A stretch of DNA of 64,000 nucleotides, taken from positions 8,556,001 through 8,620,000 of the forward strand of contig CATNEN010000002.1 of the NCBI GenBank assembly GCA_950097015.1, written 5' to 3'. The stretch comes from Macrostomum hystrix. Lineage: Eukaryota; Animalia; Platyhelminthes. The position numbers and the translations under genes were made by a program. Below, piece after piece: positions 50,694 through 63,207 of the stretch. The notes under the pieces were generated by a model. It saw nothing but the letters and a program-made list of their open reading frames with translations, ran no database searches and had not been told where the DNA came from. Position 1 is the stretch's first letter. Each line of letters begins with the position of its first letter.

Positions 50694-53661
50694 TTGGCGA
50701 GCGTGTCGTGTCAGTGGGACAGGCTGCTGGTGACTAAGTATCTACAGAGCTGGCAGTCTGAAAGCCCAACACAGTTTAATAATATACAAAATCATGTAGT
50801 CCTTTACTGTGTATATAGGCTGGAGATATCTAGACAAAATTTCAGTTAACTTATAAAAAGGGCAGTTACTTAAACTGCCTACAAGAGAAGCTCATTATTT
50901 CCTGGTGTTGCGCTAGTATAAATTAGGCAAAAATTTTGTACTTTTGGAGATATTGAGACAGATACAAACATGGGGAAATTTGATTATGGCAGAACTGCAA
51001 GATAGTTCATGGGTTCAAATTAAATAGTGAACTTGTATACTAATAACAATCCCAAAATCATAGGATACTGGCACTGGTCTAAGCTTTCAACCAGTCTAAC
51101 CCAATCCTAAAAGGTTGGTGCTATTTGAATTTAACCCTTAATAGAGTATGTTTTTGTATCTAATAATAGCTATATGATATGTAAAGACCAATATATTTAA
51201 ATATTAGAAAATTAAACATAACTGGGTAGAAAATTAATTATTAGCATAAAAGTTTTATGCATTATGCAATACATGCTAACTAGCTGCTATTTATTTTAAA
51301 AAATTAAGATTTTGTCTATTACAAAGATTAAAAAACAATACATTACAGGCTCTAGCTAATGAAATTTTAGATTGCATCTTGCAGTTTGACATGTTGAAAT
51401 TTTCTCTTTAAATTGCATTTTAACTAAGTTTTGCAAAGTACCAGCTCAGTAGATTAGAATCTGTAATTTAGAATCCACTATAGTATATAGATTCTAATCC
51501 CGTGGAGTTGGTAGATTAACATCCAATCAAGTATAAAGATTAGATTTTAATAAAGTGCCTTCTAGGCAATCTCCTGTTCTAGGCTACCCACTACAAACCA
51601 GTGTAGGTAGTCCTACAGTATAACTGACTGTCACAATGACAAAACTTGTTAATGAATTCAATAAAAAATTCCTCATCAAACTTTGTCTAACTACATCAAA
51701 GTTGTTAAACTTAATAATTATACTCTTGAAAGAGAAATAATAGTAACAATTCAAAACTGCAATATAGCCTTATTTTTATATTTTCTACATTTTATTAGGC
51801 CCCTATTTGTCACCTAGGCCTACTAATAAATGTTCCCTTGAATAGTTGTTGTTCACTAGTCCTTTCTGTCACTTTGTCCTTGAGGTCTCTTGTAGCCAAT
51901 TATGGTTGCATGACTTGTAGTTTTTTGGCATATTTAAAATACAATGTAGTGTTTATTAGAGTTTTAGTTTATATAGACTAGGTTAAGGAATAAGGATATT
52001 ATTTTTGAAAGGATAAGGAAAATAAATACTGTTGACTTAGCTACCTAAATAAAGTAGCTTACATCTTACTAGTATACTGCTTAAGCACTCTTTAACAGGC
52101 AATATAAAAATGTAGAGCTCAACATATAGCTCAGTATTAGCTAAGCTAGTAAGCTAGGTCCTAGCTAATATGATAATAAAGTAGTCTGCCAGAAGCATTT
52201 CAATTTTCTAATATCACTATTAAGGTTAGTAACAGTGATACCTGATAACCATAGCATAGCTAGCTACATAGAAGATTATCTAATGCAGGACCTGCTGGTT
52301 CTGAGTAGGCCTAATCTTGCAAGTTGCAAATGGATCTCTACTTACATTTTAGACTGCTTTATTAAATTTCCAGGACCCAAAACAGTTAAACCAATATATA
52401 TTATAAACAATTTTCAGTTTTAGTTGCTGGGAGTGACATTGACATAGCTTAGAGTGAAACTGTTGTTGGGATTGACATAGCTTGTAGTGAAATTTTGTTG
52501 GGAGTGAAAGAAACTGCCTTGTAATTGTAAGTGCAGCTTACACCTCATCTATGAGTAAATTTGACCTGATAGTTCATGTGAAGAAACTTTTGATGCAATT
52601 TTTTGCAATTTCAGCATAGTAAAACAAGTCTTAATGACACGGACCTCGACGGTGCATATCGGCCGGCCGACGAATCTTGAACGGCGTTAAACATGTGCCA
52701 AAAACTCACAATTGTCTTAACAAAATGTTTTATTAATTTGTACATAAAATCGCTCATCTTCTTTATTATTTTATACCCTGGTTTAGTAAATATATTTAGC
52801 ATGTTTTATGCTAACATGAACACTGGCGGGTGTCCGAGACAAAAAAGGACCTTGTTTTACGTCTAATTTTAACACTCAAAACGGTTTGCATGAACATTTA
52901 GAAGAATGCCTGCATCGGCATAAAAATCTTTTGGATGTCCATAGGAGGGTGTAAGGATCCTCATAAAAATGACAGCAGGTTTGCATGTGGCTTTTTTACT
53001 TTGCACGAAGGCATGTAAGCGCGCTAAGATAGTTCTGTTCCGTTACTTTAAAGAAGAAACTTTATTTCCCTAAAAAGCAGCGACCACAGTTTTACGGCTT
53101 CAAAAGTTATACTACACTGGTCACTGAGTGTAAGTATAAGATAAGTGTAATTCATGGATATGTACGTGCTGAGGCCCACGACGAGTTTGAGATCACGCCC
53201 GCGTTCCCAAAATATGGCACCAAGGACAACAAGCAGTTAGCTTACTTGTCATGTCCTTAGTACTTTGACTAGTGCAGCTTGACTTCGAATAATTAAAATT
53301 CTATGGAGTCCATAATGTATTCTTTCAGAGAAGTTTTAATGACGATTCACTTGCAAGCGGTCGTCTTCATTTATGAAGATGGTGAAGAGACAAAACGTAC
53401 GATGTCATTGTTAAAGTAAGCGTGTATAGTGAATGAATATAACTAAAATTCCTGCATTCCAAGCAATTAGCGAATGATTTGGCGAAACAAAAATTTTGGG
53501 TCGATACTCGATACAAATAAATACTGATTAAGCAAGCGATCTCGCATGTTTGTTAATCCGTTTAACAAAACGCTTCTTAGCCCAGCGATGGCTAGGTCCA
53601 GCCTGTATAGGCCAGCTAAATCAAGGTGCGATTCACTTTGAATGCAGGGTTGCACAGGCGG

Positions 53662-54632
53662 TCAGACCGCAGAACAAGCCAGCCTCGCGTGCTCCCGCAT
53701 CAGCTCGTCCACCCGGTACGGCTCTATCGGATTCTGCCAACGGCCGCCGGCTTTGAAGGCCGAGCCGACGATGAAGCCGCTCGCAGCCGTCCATAGGCTG
53801 GCCAAATCCTCAGCGCAGGCGCCGCTGCCAACGAAGACGGGCAACGGATGGCCGGCCGTCGAAGCTTCGGCTACGTCGCCGGGCTGAGTCGGGCAGCCGG
53901 TGGCGCGGCCGGTGACAACCAAAGCATCTGCTAGGAAAAATTTAGCCGCTTCGCAGGTCTCGGCCAGGCCGACATCGGCGGTGATGGCGTGCGAGCAATG
54001 CTTCTTCTTGACATCGGCCAGCAGCCAGACAGACGAGGCTTCCAGCTGTCGTCTGTAGCGAACGAGGTCGGCAGCGCACGACTGTGTCACACCCTCGTCG
54101 CCGACGTGCGCGAATACGAAACCCTCGGCGCGAATAAAGTCCAAGTCGGTTGTCTTGGCAACGGCCAGCGCAACCCGATTGCAGCCTGACAGAATCTGCA
54201 CGCCTAGCGGTGTGTCCGGCAGGTGGCGTCGGATTTCCATAGCGACTGTTGTCATGGAGGCGCACAGCTCTGGCCCTGCCTCTTCAGCACGCTGGTATGG
54301 CACGTCGTGCATATTCTCGATGAGCACCGAGTGAACTCCATGGCTGGCAAGCGTCATCTGCGGGTTTTGGCGCTTGGTAAACTCAGTTCGATGACTTCAA
54401 CTTAAGTTAGCTCACTGTACAAACCTTCTCCCTGTCCTTCCCGCATCAACGTCTCACTGAAGCCCCGTCTCACCGCTTCCCGCACAGCCTCTTGCACAAG
54501 CCGCGAGTGCGGGTCCCGGTAGCGATGCGAAGCCAGAGTGGGGCGCACATGCACCATGCCGATGATGGGCTTGACGCCTCTGCTTAGCAACGCCTGCAGC
54601 CTGTTGCCAGCGGTGGCAGCAGCGGTAGCCAT
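53662..54632 (-). CDS. BtpA/SgcQ family protein (TIM-barrel, uncharacterised), 2 exons
   Basis: Exons 54632-54474 and 54357-53662 (phase 0). Motifs PIIGMVHV, IENMHDVPY, PLGVQIL, DFIRAEGFVFAHVGDEG, ADVKKKH.SHA and VTGRATG...FIVGS.FK. Confidence 0.88.
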
Positions 54633-55514
54633 TGTGCCTGGAGTAATCGGCTGTTAGCCAAGTTGCAAATTCTTTAGACAAACCGCTGGTGGCACGTCGG
54701 CTCAGATTCTGTGCGCAGCCAAAGTGCGCCATTTTGTTTGCGCTGTGGGCAGAGAAATGGCGCACAGATACCTGTACGTACATGCAATGAACATGCTTTG
54801 ATATGCACGTTATCAGTCCTCTGTTTGTAAGTTAGTCTAGTAGGCTGCCAATAGTTGGACACAATCACGGTCCTACGCTCATTTTAATCCAACCTGACCA
54901 TTGGGGCTCACGGTAGATGTTCGACGGGGAAATTTCACAAAGATGCACTGCCAAGTTGTTGCATGTCCTTTTCGATAGGAAATGCGAAACTATTTTCAAA
55001 AAAGTATTTTGTTGTGATTAGATAAAGCCAGTGTTCTGACTCCTCGCATGAATCTATAGACTTTTATTGGTAGTAAAATGACGATATTACTAATTATTTT
55101 CTTGCATCGTCAGGCACAACAGCCTGAGTTGAGTTTTAACTTAATAACTTTAACGATAATTTGGTCCTCTGAGAGCTCATTTTCATGACGCAGCCTAACT
55201 ATAACTAATTAAATTGTAATTTTTTGACGTGACAACCAATTAATGAAGGAGTGGACAGAACACGAAATTTTTCCTTGGCATAACGCGATTTCGCCCATTC
55301 ACAGGGAAATGGTCTGGGACTATTCACGATCCTGTCCCGGTTCTGAGATGGCCGTATCTTACCTTCAGCTCAGCTCTCCAGGTATTTGATCTGCGCATCC
55401 TTGATTGCGCCACGGGTGTGAAAAGGAAAAAACCACTGAGAGCAGTTATTTGCGTTACTTCTTCCTAACAACAAGCCGAAACAAATCTATTGTTTTTATT
55501 ATAGCTTACGTTAA

Positions 55515-55882
55515 GGGGGTCGGTGGCAAAGCAGTTAACGCGTTGGCCTCTTGCACCATGGTCCCTAAGCTCGATTCCACGGCGAGGCCACATTATTTAT
55601 TTGGGCCGCAGAGAGAAGGCTTTGGGGGCTTGTCGTGCAGTTTTAGCCCTTGAGGGCCAACCTCCAAGGCACATTGAAATGTACACTGCCTGACGATGAG
55701 AAAGTCAGGGCTGATGCACACACCTGTGTGAGCGTGTGCCTGCGTACGGTATCTGTGCGCGTGTGTGCTCAGGAGACAGCGAAATGGGCAGAATTGCCTT
55801 CTCGCTGTCTGCGGGTCTGGTGTCACCAAATGAAGGGCCACTGCTCGCAGCCCTCCTGCAATTATTATTATTATTATTATTA
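55515..55882 (+). mobile_element. Full-length tRNA-derived SINE family A with (ATT)n tail and TSD
   Basis: A-box-like tggcaaagcag, B-box-like gctcgattcc, ~300-bp body and (att)7 tail. Flanking 14-bp direct repeats: tagcttacgttaag (55502) and tagcttgtgttaag (55881). Confidence 0.85.
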
Positions 55883-56282
55883 GCTTGTGTTAAGCAGGTA
55901 TTTAGACTTAACTAAGCATTATAATATTTTCTGAGAATTAAAGGAAGGCCTCACTCACTAGGCAAGGCTTCCCTTTCGCTGTCGTGCAGAGCTCTGCGAT
56001 GGGTGACGGATATGCAAAGATAACTGCAGATAATACGGTGGGACTGGGGTAGTGATTGAAAGCGAACAGCGGAAAAGCGAAGCCAGGGGAGTCGCTCATG
56101 CGATAGCTGAGAGCTCAAACAATGCGGCATAGCTCACTGCAATGAGAGCTCAGGTGAAATACAATGAGCCATGCTGGGCCAGACAGGCCATTTTAGGCCG
56201 CATCATACGTAAATGGTTTGTATTTTATTTCCACAGAAACGCCTTGCTTCCTGCAGTTTCTACTGGCCTGCGGCCTGCGCTG

Positions 56283-57412
56283 ATGCACCGTCTGACAAGT
56301 AAGTCTTTGAAAACTTCTCCAGTCAATTTGCACACATTTCAGTTAGGAACTTTTGGGTACCCTCGCGACAAAAAGAATTGTTTAATCCTAACGAGCAAGC
56401 GAACCTGTCTACTTTAGGCCTCGCTCTGCTCCTGAGCCTCGTCCAGCTGGCCGGCTGTGCCTGCAAAGCCGAGTGGTTCAGGGTGGAGACGCTGCGGTAC
56501 CTGCCCAATGCTCTGGCTCTGCCGACCAGGCTAGCGTCGAGCGAGCTGATTTGCGTCGGCTTTGTGAGCACAAACATCGGTTTGTTGGTGGCCCAGTTCG
56601 ACTCGGACACTCACCAGTGCTCGCTGTTCAAGTACATTGCCGTGTGCCACCTCATCAATGGACAAGCCAGCAATGGGATCAGCGCAATGAACAGCTGTGC
56701 TGCATTCGCCAATGCCAGAGCCGTCAACTTCATGACGCTGGGCAGGAAGCTGATGAGCAGTGTGGGCTCGAAACTGCGTGCAGCGTGGGTGATGAGTGAC
56801 GATGAGGAAGCCAGCAAGAGCAACTTGGTGTGCGGCGAGACGCAGCAGTGGCAGTCGGAGTCAGTCGAGTTCAGCAGCGAGGGAGCCAAGTTCGATGGGA
56901 AAGCGTCCAAGATGTGGCTGGACAATGTTCGCTTCGGTGAGGTGCAGCGGGGGCTCACTTGGCTGGTGCGGCTGAGGCAGAGCGATGCTGGACCAGTAAT
57001 TGTGAATTATGAGTGCGGCACGAAAGTTCTAAGGTTCTATCTGTACACTGCAATATCAAGTTTTTATGTACCGGTTTTCTTCAGTAACAACAAAACGTCC
57101 AACGGATTCGCCCTTATGTGGCAGTCAAACATTTTTTTATCCAACGGTTTCGTTGACTTTGGAGTCATCTCACCTTCACATGATCCGAGTGAGCTAAACA
57201 TGATCTACAATTCCACTGTGGTTCCTAGATCGCAGTATTTTGAGCTGAATATTGGATCCGAGCCGGCGTTTCAGAACTCAACGTCCTGTTACACTCTTGG
57301 TTTCGGCTACCAGAATAACTTTGTGCTGAACGGCACCGTGCGCGCCGTTGCTCTTTTCAATGATACTTCGAATGAAACTGAGACAAGCGATTTATTCAAA
57401 CTGATGCACTGA
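56283..57412 (+). CDS. Uncharacterised secreted protein A (possible PAN/apple-like N-terminus plus LamG/ConA-like C-terminus)
   Basis: Micro first exon 56283-56298 (ATGCACCGTCTGACAA|GTAAGT) spliced in phase 1 to 56418-57412 gives the signal peptide MHRLTSLALLLSLVQLAGCAC. The fold assignment is tentative (C...AQFD....C; A.FDG..S; LGFG...GTVRAVALFN). Confidence 0.75.
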
Positions 57413-59789
57413 AGGGCACCGTCCGGGCGACAACGAAACGAATCTGATAAATACTATTTTACTGGCTTACAGCTTAGTTTGACGTCACTACGTGAAAATA
57501 CACCTGTCGCTCTGTCTTTTGATCATTCAGTCTCAATATCACTCTGTCTCCTTGTCCCTCCACGTCCTTGTCTGCACTCTGTCTTTACAGCAAAAAAATT
57601 AAGATACAATTTTTAAAGAGAAAAACCGCAGGATTTCTGTTGAAACATTAGCTCTTATAATAATAGAAAAGTTAAGAATAAAAGTGATTCTGTCAATTTA
57701 AAAAAAAAATCTTCTTTTAGGAGCCGAGCCGGAAAAGCTACTCGGACAGGTTTTAGTCTCAGCAACTATCACCAACTATATCTGACGTTTTTTTTAAAAA
57801 TACCATTGGAATGGCATAGAAACGGGTGTGATTGCCTGAGCTACAGAGTAGTCAATGCAGAAACGGGTGTGATTGCCTGAGCTACAGAGTAGTCAATGCA
57901 GAAACGAAATGCAGTGGATGCAGGCTGCCGTCTTCGGAAATCGAGATGAAAATTTATGCATCAGGTTATGTCAGGTTATGTCAAGGGAGAGATGGGGCCT
58001 TACAATGCGCGAGATGAGATTAGCATTATGGGGGATAATGGGAAATGGATAGAAGGGAGGCTGGGAATTGGGAGCGCAGGAAACGGAGTGACTGGGCTTG
58101 ACACAATACCGATATGCTCATAAAAACTTTTTGAAAAACTTTTTCACTGAAATTCTCTGTGAAAAAAATACTTCATCAGGAAAATCGCCTCTACAACACA
58201 AGAGCACTTGCGTATGATAACCAAGGACCACTCAAGTACAGTCTAAAGCAAATTGTTGAAAAATGATCGCTGCTTTTTATAAATGCAGTCATTATGAAAA
58301 TTACACAATGCATTTGCATACCCTAACTACACAATGGCAATTTGGGTACTATAACCATACAATAGCTCTTGGGTGCGATGCGTAGACGAACAGTTTCTTG
58401 CGTCAAGTTTCGTCGAAGTTAGCATGACTTCAGCATCTACCGTTCTCCAACAATGGCTTCGGAACAGCCATAAAAACGACTTCACTGCCTTTGGGATTTA
58501 ATCATAATGAATCCTGCCATCATGAATGAAGCAAAATGACTGATGCTCCATTGGTTTGGTTCTTGGCTAACTAAATTAGTAATGGGTACGAATGTCGAGA
58601 AGAAGACTTGGCAGCTCGATAGTTTGCCGACGTAAAAAACGAAAATATATATGACTAACTTGTTTAAGCGTAGAACCAAATTTATGCTAAACGCTTTCGA
58701 CCTATTCCACTTCATCGATTTATTTATTAGAGGCTTCTGAATCGATTTACGAATCGTAGGCTATTTTTCACCTAAATAATTTTTATAACTAATTAAACAT
58801 ATCCCGATTGGGTCAAACGTACAGCTGACGGATGTACTTCAAATAACGGCTACGTACGGCTTCATTTCTGGCACAATTATCAACATAACGAAAATCGGAA
58901 ATGATGCTTTAAAGGCTGGCTTTCAAAAGCGAAAATTGCACGACTAGCCCCCAAGCCTTCTCACGACGGCTTCGCACCAAATTAATGTGGCCTTGGTGCA
59001 AAGGGCAAAAACGTGTTTACCGCTCTGCCACTGACCCTCTTCATCAGAAAAATAGTAGATAATGCACACCTGGATTGCACAGCAATGCGATAGATACTGC
59101 CTTACTAGTATGCGATTCTCACTATGCATCGTATCACTTTTACGCTTTGTCCAGCAATGCACAGGACCTATATACGAGTATATACGAGCGTTATTAGTAT
59201 TTTGTTCAACGCATTACTCAGGTCTTTTAAATCTTGTTGCCTTATTTCACGATTCGATTCGTTCGTAAGGTGCCAGGCCCAAGCGTTAATCAGAAGCCCA
59301 ACAAAATTGCTGCTGCCTTCTAACGCATAACTCTGCTTTAAAACGACTGCTCCGGTAGCGACCGAAGTAGTCCTTCCTGACATATTCTCAAGTGCAATAA
59401 ATTTAATTGAACGCCCTGAACTCATTTACTTCTGTACCTTCACGAAACTTTAGAGTCACTTTTACGCACTCACAAGCTTTAAAATGGCACCTCAAAAAAG
59501 CGAATAGCTGCTTTTAAGTGATTACGTGAGGCAGGCATCCCTAGCTATTATCTGGCATCAAAGGCATCACAGAAGGCCCCTCGCCACCACGCAGGGTGAG
59601 ACAGTGCCACCGGCGAGAATCCGAGTGCAGAGGCAAGACCTGAAAATCGACAAAGGTCTGGGAGTGGACAATAGCATCCCAATAGCATCCCAAATGGTCT
59701 CTGCAGTAGTAGAACTCGTGTTAATCACCTGAATTATGAGTGCAGATGAAGTTTGTCGCATCTCACTGTACCGATTGTTACCGACGTGC

Positions 59790-60010
59790 CTCGCTGAAAC
59801 AGCCAGCGAGGAGGCAGCTCTGCCCATTCCGCGGACTTCTGCATCAGCACACACGCACTCTGAATCGCTCGAAGGCGCAAACTCACACAGGCGGGTGCAT
59901 CTGGCCTGAATTTCTCATCATCAGGCAAAGTACGCTCTCAATTGTGTCTGGGGGTTCGCCCCGACGTGAGAAAATCGCACGACAAGCGCCAAGCATTCTC
60001 TGCGCGGCTG
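59790..60010 (-). mobile_element. Diverged SINE family A copy
   Basis: cagccagcgaggaggcagctctgccc...ctcacacagg...catctggcctgaatttctcatcatcaggca...cgcacgacaagc matches 4650-4790 and 5255-5310. Confidence 0.7.
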
Positions 60011-60590
60011 CGCCCCAAATGAATGCGGCCTGCAAGCAAATCTTGGCGCTAGAGTTGAACGCACAATCACTACCGGATCTAATGGAAACCGTACGCAAAA
60101 CATAATGCCGGCATGCGAGAACGCATCAAAGGAATTGCTTTTGCATGGCTACTTAACTCTGCTTTTCTACAACCCACCTTTGTGGTACTTGCTAATCAGC
60201 TTGGTTCCACTGAACCACCCAGTTTCATCTGTCTGTGACGCGTGGCTTGGTAATACGCTTGCACACCTGAAAATAAAATCCGACATAGGTTTCTTTTTAA
60301 CCTCTTGTTCTAATAGGAATTTAATTTTCTAGGTTGCATGTATGTTTGCTTCCGAAAATCCGGCTGCTCCTTAGTCTCAAAACAGTGCAAATTGGCATAT
60401 GCGTGACAGCTCATTGGGCTAATACCAGAGGTTGTCTGCTAGCCGCCAACATGCTCCACAATGCACACTCTAATCAGACCAGCTGCACAACCAATGGGAG
60501 TCTTGCTAAGGATACGATCGGTATAACAGGAAAAGAGCTAGAGCTGCTGGATTCAGCAGTATAGCATTTGATTAGTACCAAAAGTCCAAT

Positions 60591-61775
60591 ATGCGAACTA
60601 CAGGTAAGTCTTAATTAGATAAACCGATTGCACATAACTCAAACTAATTACGCTCTAGAAATTTACTCCTACAGTGCTGTCAAAGGATTTACAACATATT
60701 GCAAACTGCAATAATTTTGCTTAAGTAAATTCATCACTCACAACTCGAATTGAAATAAATTCGACACCTTACCAATGCAGGCCTAATTTTTCTAGTCCTC
60801 GCGTGCCTGCTGACTGTAGGCAGCTGCGGCTGCCTATCAAAGTGGCTCAAAGTGAAGACACAGAGGTGCCTAAGTGACTCCTTGGCGCTTCGAACAATAC
60901 CGTCGAATTCGGCTCCTGAATGCGTGCTCTCGGCTGATAAACTCAGCGGTCTGTTGGTGGCCCAGTTCGACTCGGCCTCTCGCCAGTGCTCTCTGTTCAA
61001 GTACATTGTCGTGTGCCACCTCATCGATATACAAGCCAGCAATGGCATTAGCGCAATGCACAGCTGTGCTGCATTCGCCAATGCCAGAGCCGTCAACTTC
61101 ATGACGCTGAGCAGGAAGCTGATGAGCAGTGTTGGCTCGAAGCTGCGTGCAGCGTGGGTGATGAGTGACGATGAGGAAGCCAGCAAGAGCAACTTGGTGT
61201 GCGGCGAGACGAAACAGTGGCAGTCGGAGGCAGTCGGCTTCACAAGTGAGGGAGCCAGGTTCGACGGAGTGTCGTCCAAGATGTGGCTGGAGGGAGTGGA
61301 GTTCGCCAACTTGCAGCAGGGACTCACGTGGTTGATCAGGGTCAAGCGAATTGCGAAAGACCAACCGTTTCTGGAGACTTACTCGTGCGACGCCAAGGAC
61401 ATAGGAACTGTGTTTTGGGACGGCTGGCCTGACGCCAGGGGCCTGTACTTCTCTCGGTTCAGCCTAAATGTGGTGGAGTTTTTAACAGATGCCTCGACAA
61501 ACACGTTCGATTCACAAACATTCGTGGAAGTCGGCGTCACGTCGGCGTCTCTGCAGAACCGAACATTCTACTCGAACTCCGGCTTCGTGTCGCCATTGAA
61601 TGTGCATCCAAGAACCACCTTCATAAAGCCAAAAATGCTAGACTTTTATTGCCTTTCCTTGGGTTTTCGAAACGGATACAGCATGCTGTTGTCTGGCACG
61701 GTGCAATTTTTAGCAATCATGAGCGACACGATGACAGAAGAAGAAATTCAAAGATTCTTTAGTCTAGTGAGGTAA
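60591..61775 (+). CDS. Uncharacterised secreted protein B, paralog of 56283-57412
   Basis: Micro first exon 60591-60603 (ATGCGAACTACAG|GTAAGT) spliced in phase 1 to 60781-61775 gives the signal peptide MRTTGLIFLVLACLLTVGSCGC. The intron position is the same as in paralog A. Confidence 0.78.
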
Positions 61776-61909
61776 CTGGCACAGACTGAATGGGGCATCT
61801 TGGCATACTTTTAGCAATGTTAGACAGCTGAAAGAAAATTTTCAGATTGAAACAAGTTTTTGTTTGAATTTTGTGGTCATGGCTACCCACCAGCTCTGAT
61901 TTGTTAGTA

Positions 61910-63207
61910 CCAGCGGTGATCAAAAAGTTCTGCAACCTACTCTCCTGTAGCCGTTTCTATTGCACCAAATAAACTGAAATTTGACACTGAAGTTCAGAAT
62001 TTAGTTTTTTCTTCCTTGCTGAGTTTCAATCGATTTCGATAATTAGTTTGCAATTTTACTGGGCACAAACCAATTCCTGTTTTCAGCCTGAAAATGGAAT
62101 CCTCAAAAGACAATATTCGCTTCTTCATCTATATGCGCATGCAGCTAGGCAAAAAAGCTGTGGAAATCCACGCTGACTTTATAGTTTCTGTATTGGCTGA
62201 AGCTGCGCCGTCATTTGACACCGTCGCGCGCTGGATGCGCCACTTCTCTGACGGGCGGACGAGCGCCAAAGACGAGAGTCGGTCTGGACGACCTCGGACA
62301 TCCGTGACCGAAGCATCAGTGGCCGCGCGGACGCGATTGTGCGGAAGAATTGCAGCGTGACACTGAGATTTCTTGCCTACGAGCTTGCTGTCAGCTATGG
62401 AAGCGCCGACACCATCATGCATGAGCAGCTGGGCCGCTCCAAGACCTGCGCCCGCTGCGTGCCGCACCTGCTCACAGCTGACCAGCGCGCTGAGCGCGTG
62501 CGCATCTGCCGCTTGTGGCTGGAGATGTTCAAACCAAACGGCCCAAGAAGGCTGTCTGACGTCGTGACAGGCGACGAATGTTGGATTTCGTTCTTCACGA
62601 CGAAGGACAAGCAGTCCAACATGGTCTGGCTGACCGAGATGAGCCCAGGCCCGACGTCCTGAAGACGGGGTTCCGAAGCAGAAAGAGAATGTTCACCATT
62701 TTCTTCAACTCTCAGGGCGTTGTGGCGGTCGACATTCTTCCTGAGAGCAACACGGTGACTGCCAAGTATTACACTGAAACCGTGCTGCCGGCTGTGCTTG
62801 AGGAGAGGCGGCAGCGGGCGAGAACTCGGCATGGTGCCAGGCTGTTGCTGCACCATGACAATGCGGCACCCCACACTGCAGCTGCAACTCAGGCAAGAGT
62901 TCAGCTGCTGCCCCACCCGCCCTATTCACCAGACCTCGCACCCTGCGACTTCTGGCTGTTCCCAAAAGTAAAATCTGCCATCTCTGGGAGGCCGTTTTCT
63001 CGCATCCAAGACCTGGCAAGAGCGGTCAAATCAGAACTGGAGAGACTGCCCGCATCAGAGTACATAGCTGCTTCCAGGCTTGGCGGATGCGCATGCAACG
63101 GTGCATCGAAGCTGAGGGGAAGTACTTCGAGGGAATGAGACACTAAATCTGTGCTCCAGATTGCTCTGGACTTGTAATGACGTGCAAAACTGTTTGATCA
63201 CCCCTCT
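61910..63207 (+). mobile_element. Full-length (~1.3 kb) decayed mariner element
   Basis: TA flanks at 61908 and 63208. TIRs ccagcggtgatcaaaaagttctgcaac versus the reverse complement of the right end, agaggggtgatcaaacagttttgcac. The transposase is in 3 frameshifted pieces (62094-63138) with SRSGRP, CVPHLL, VTGDECW, LHHDNA and HPPYSPDLAPCDFWLF. Confidence 0.92.

Noticed and set aside
57820-57905. Two-copy ~41-bp direct repeat
   Set aside because: A simple local duplication with no further structure.
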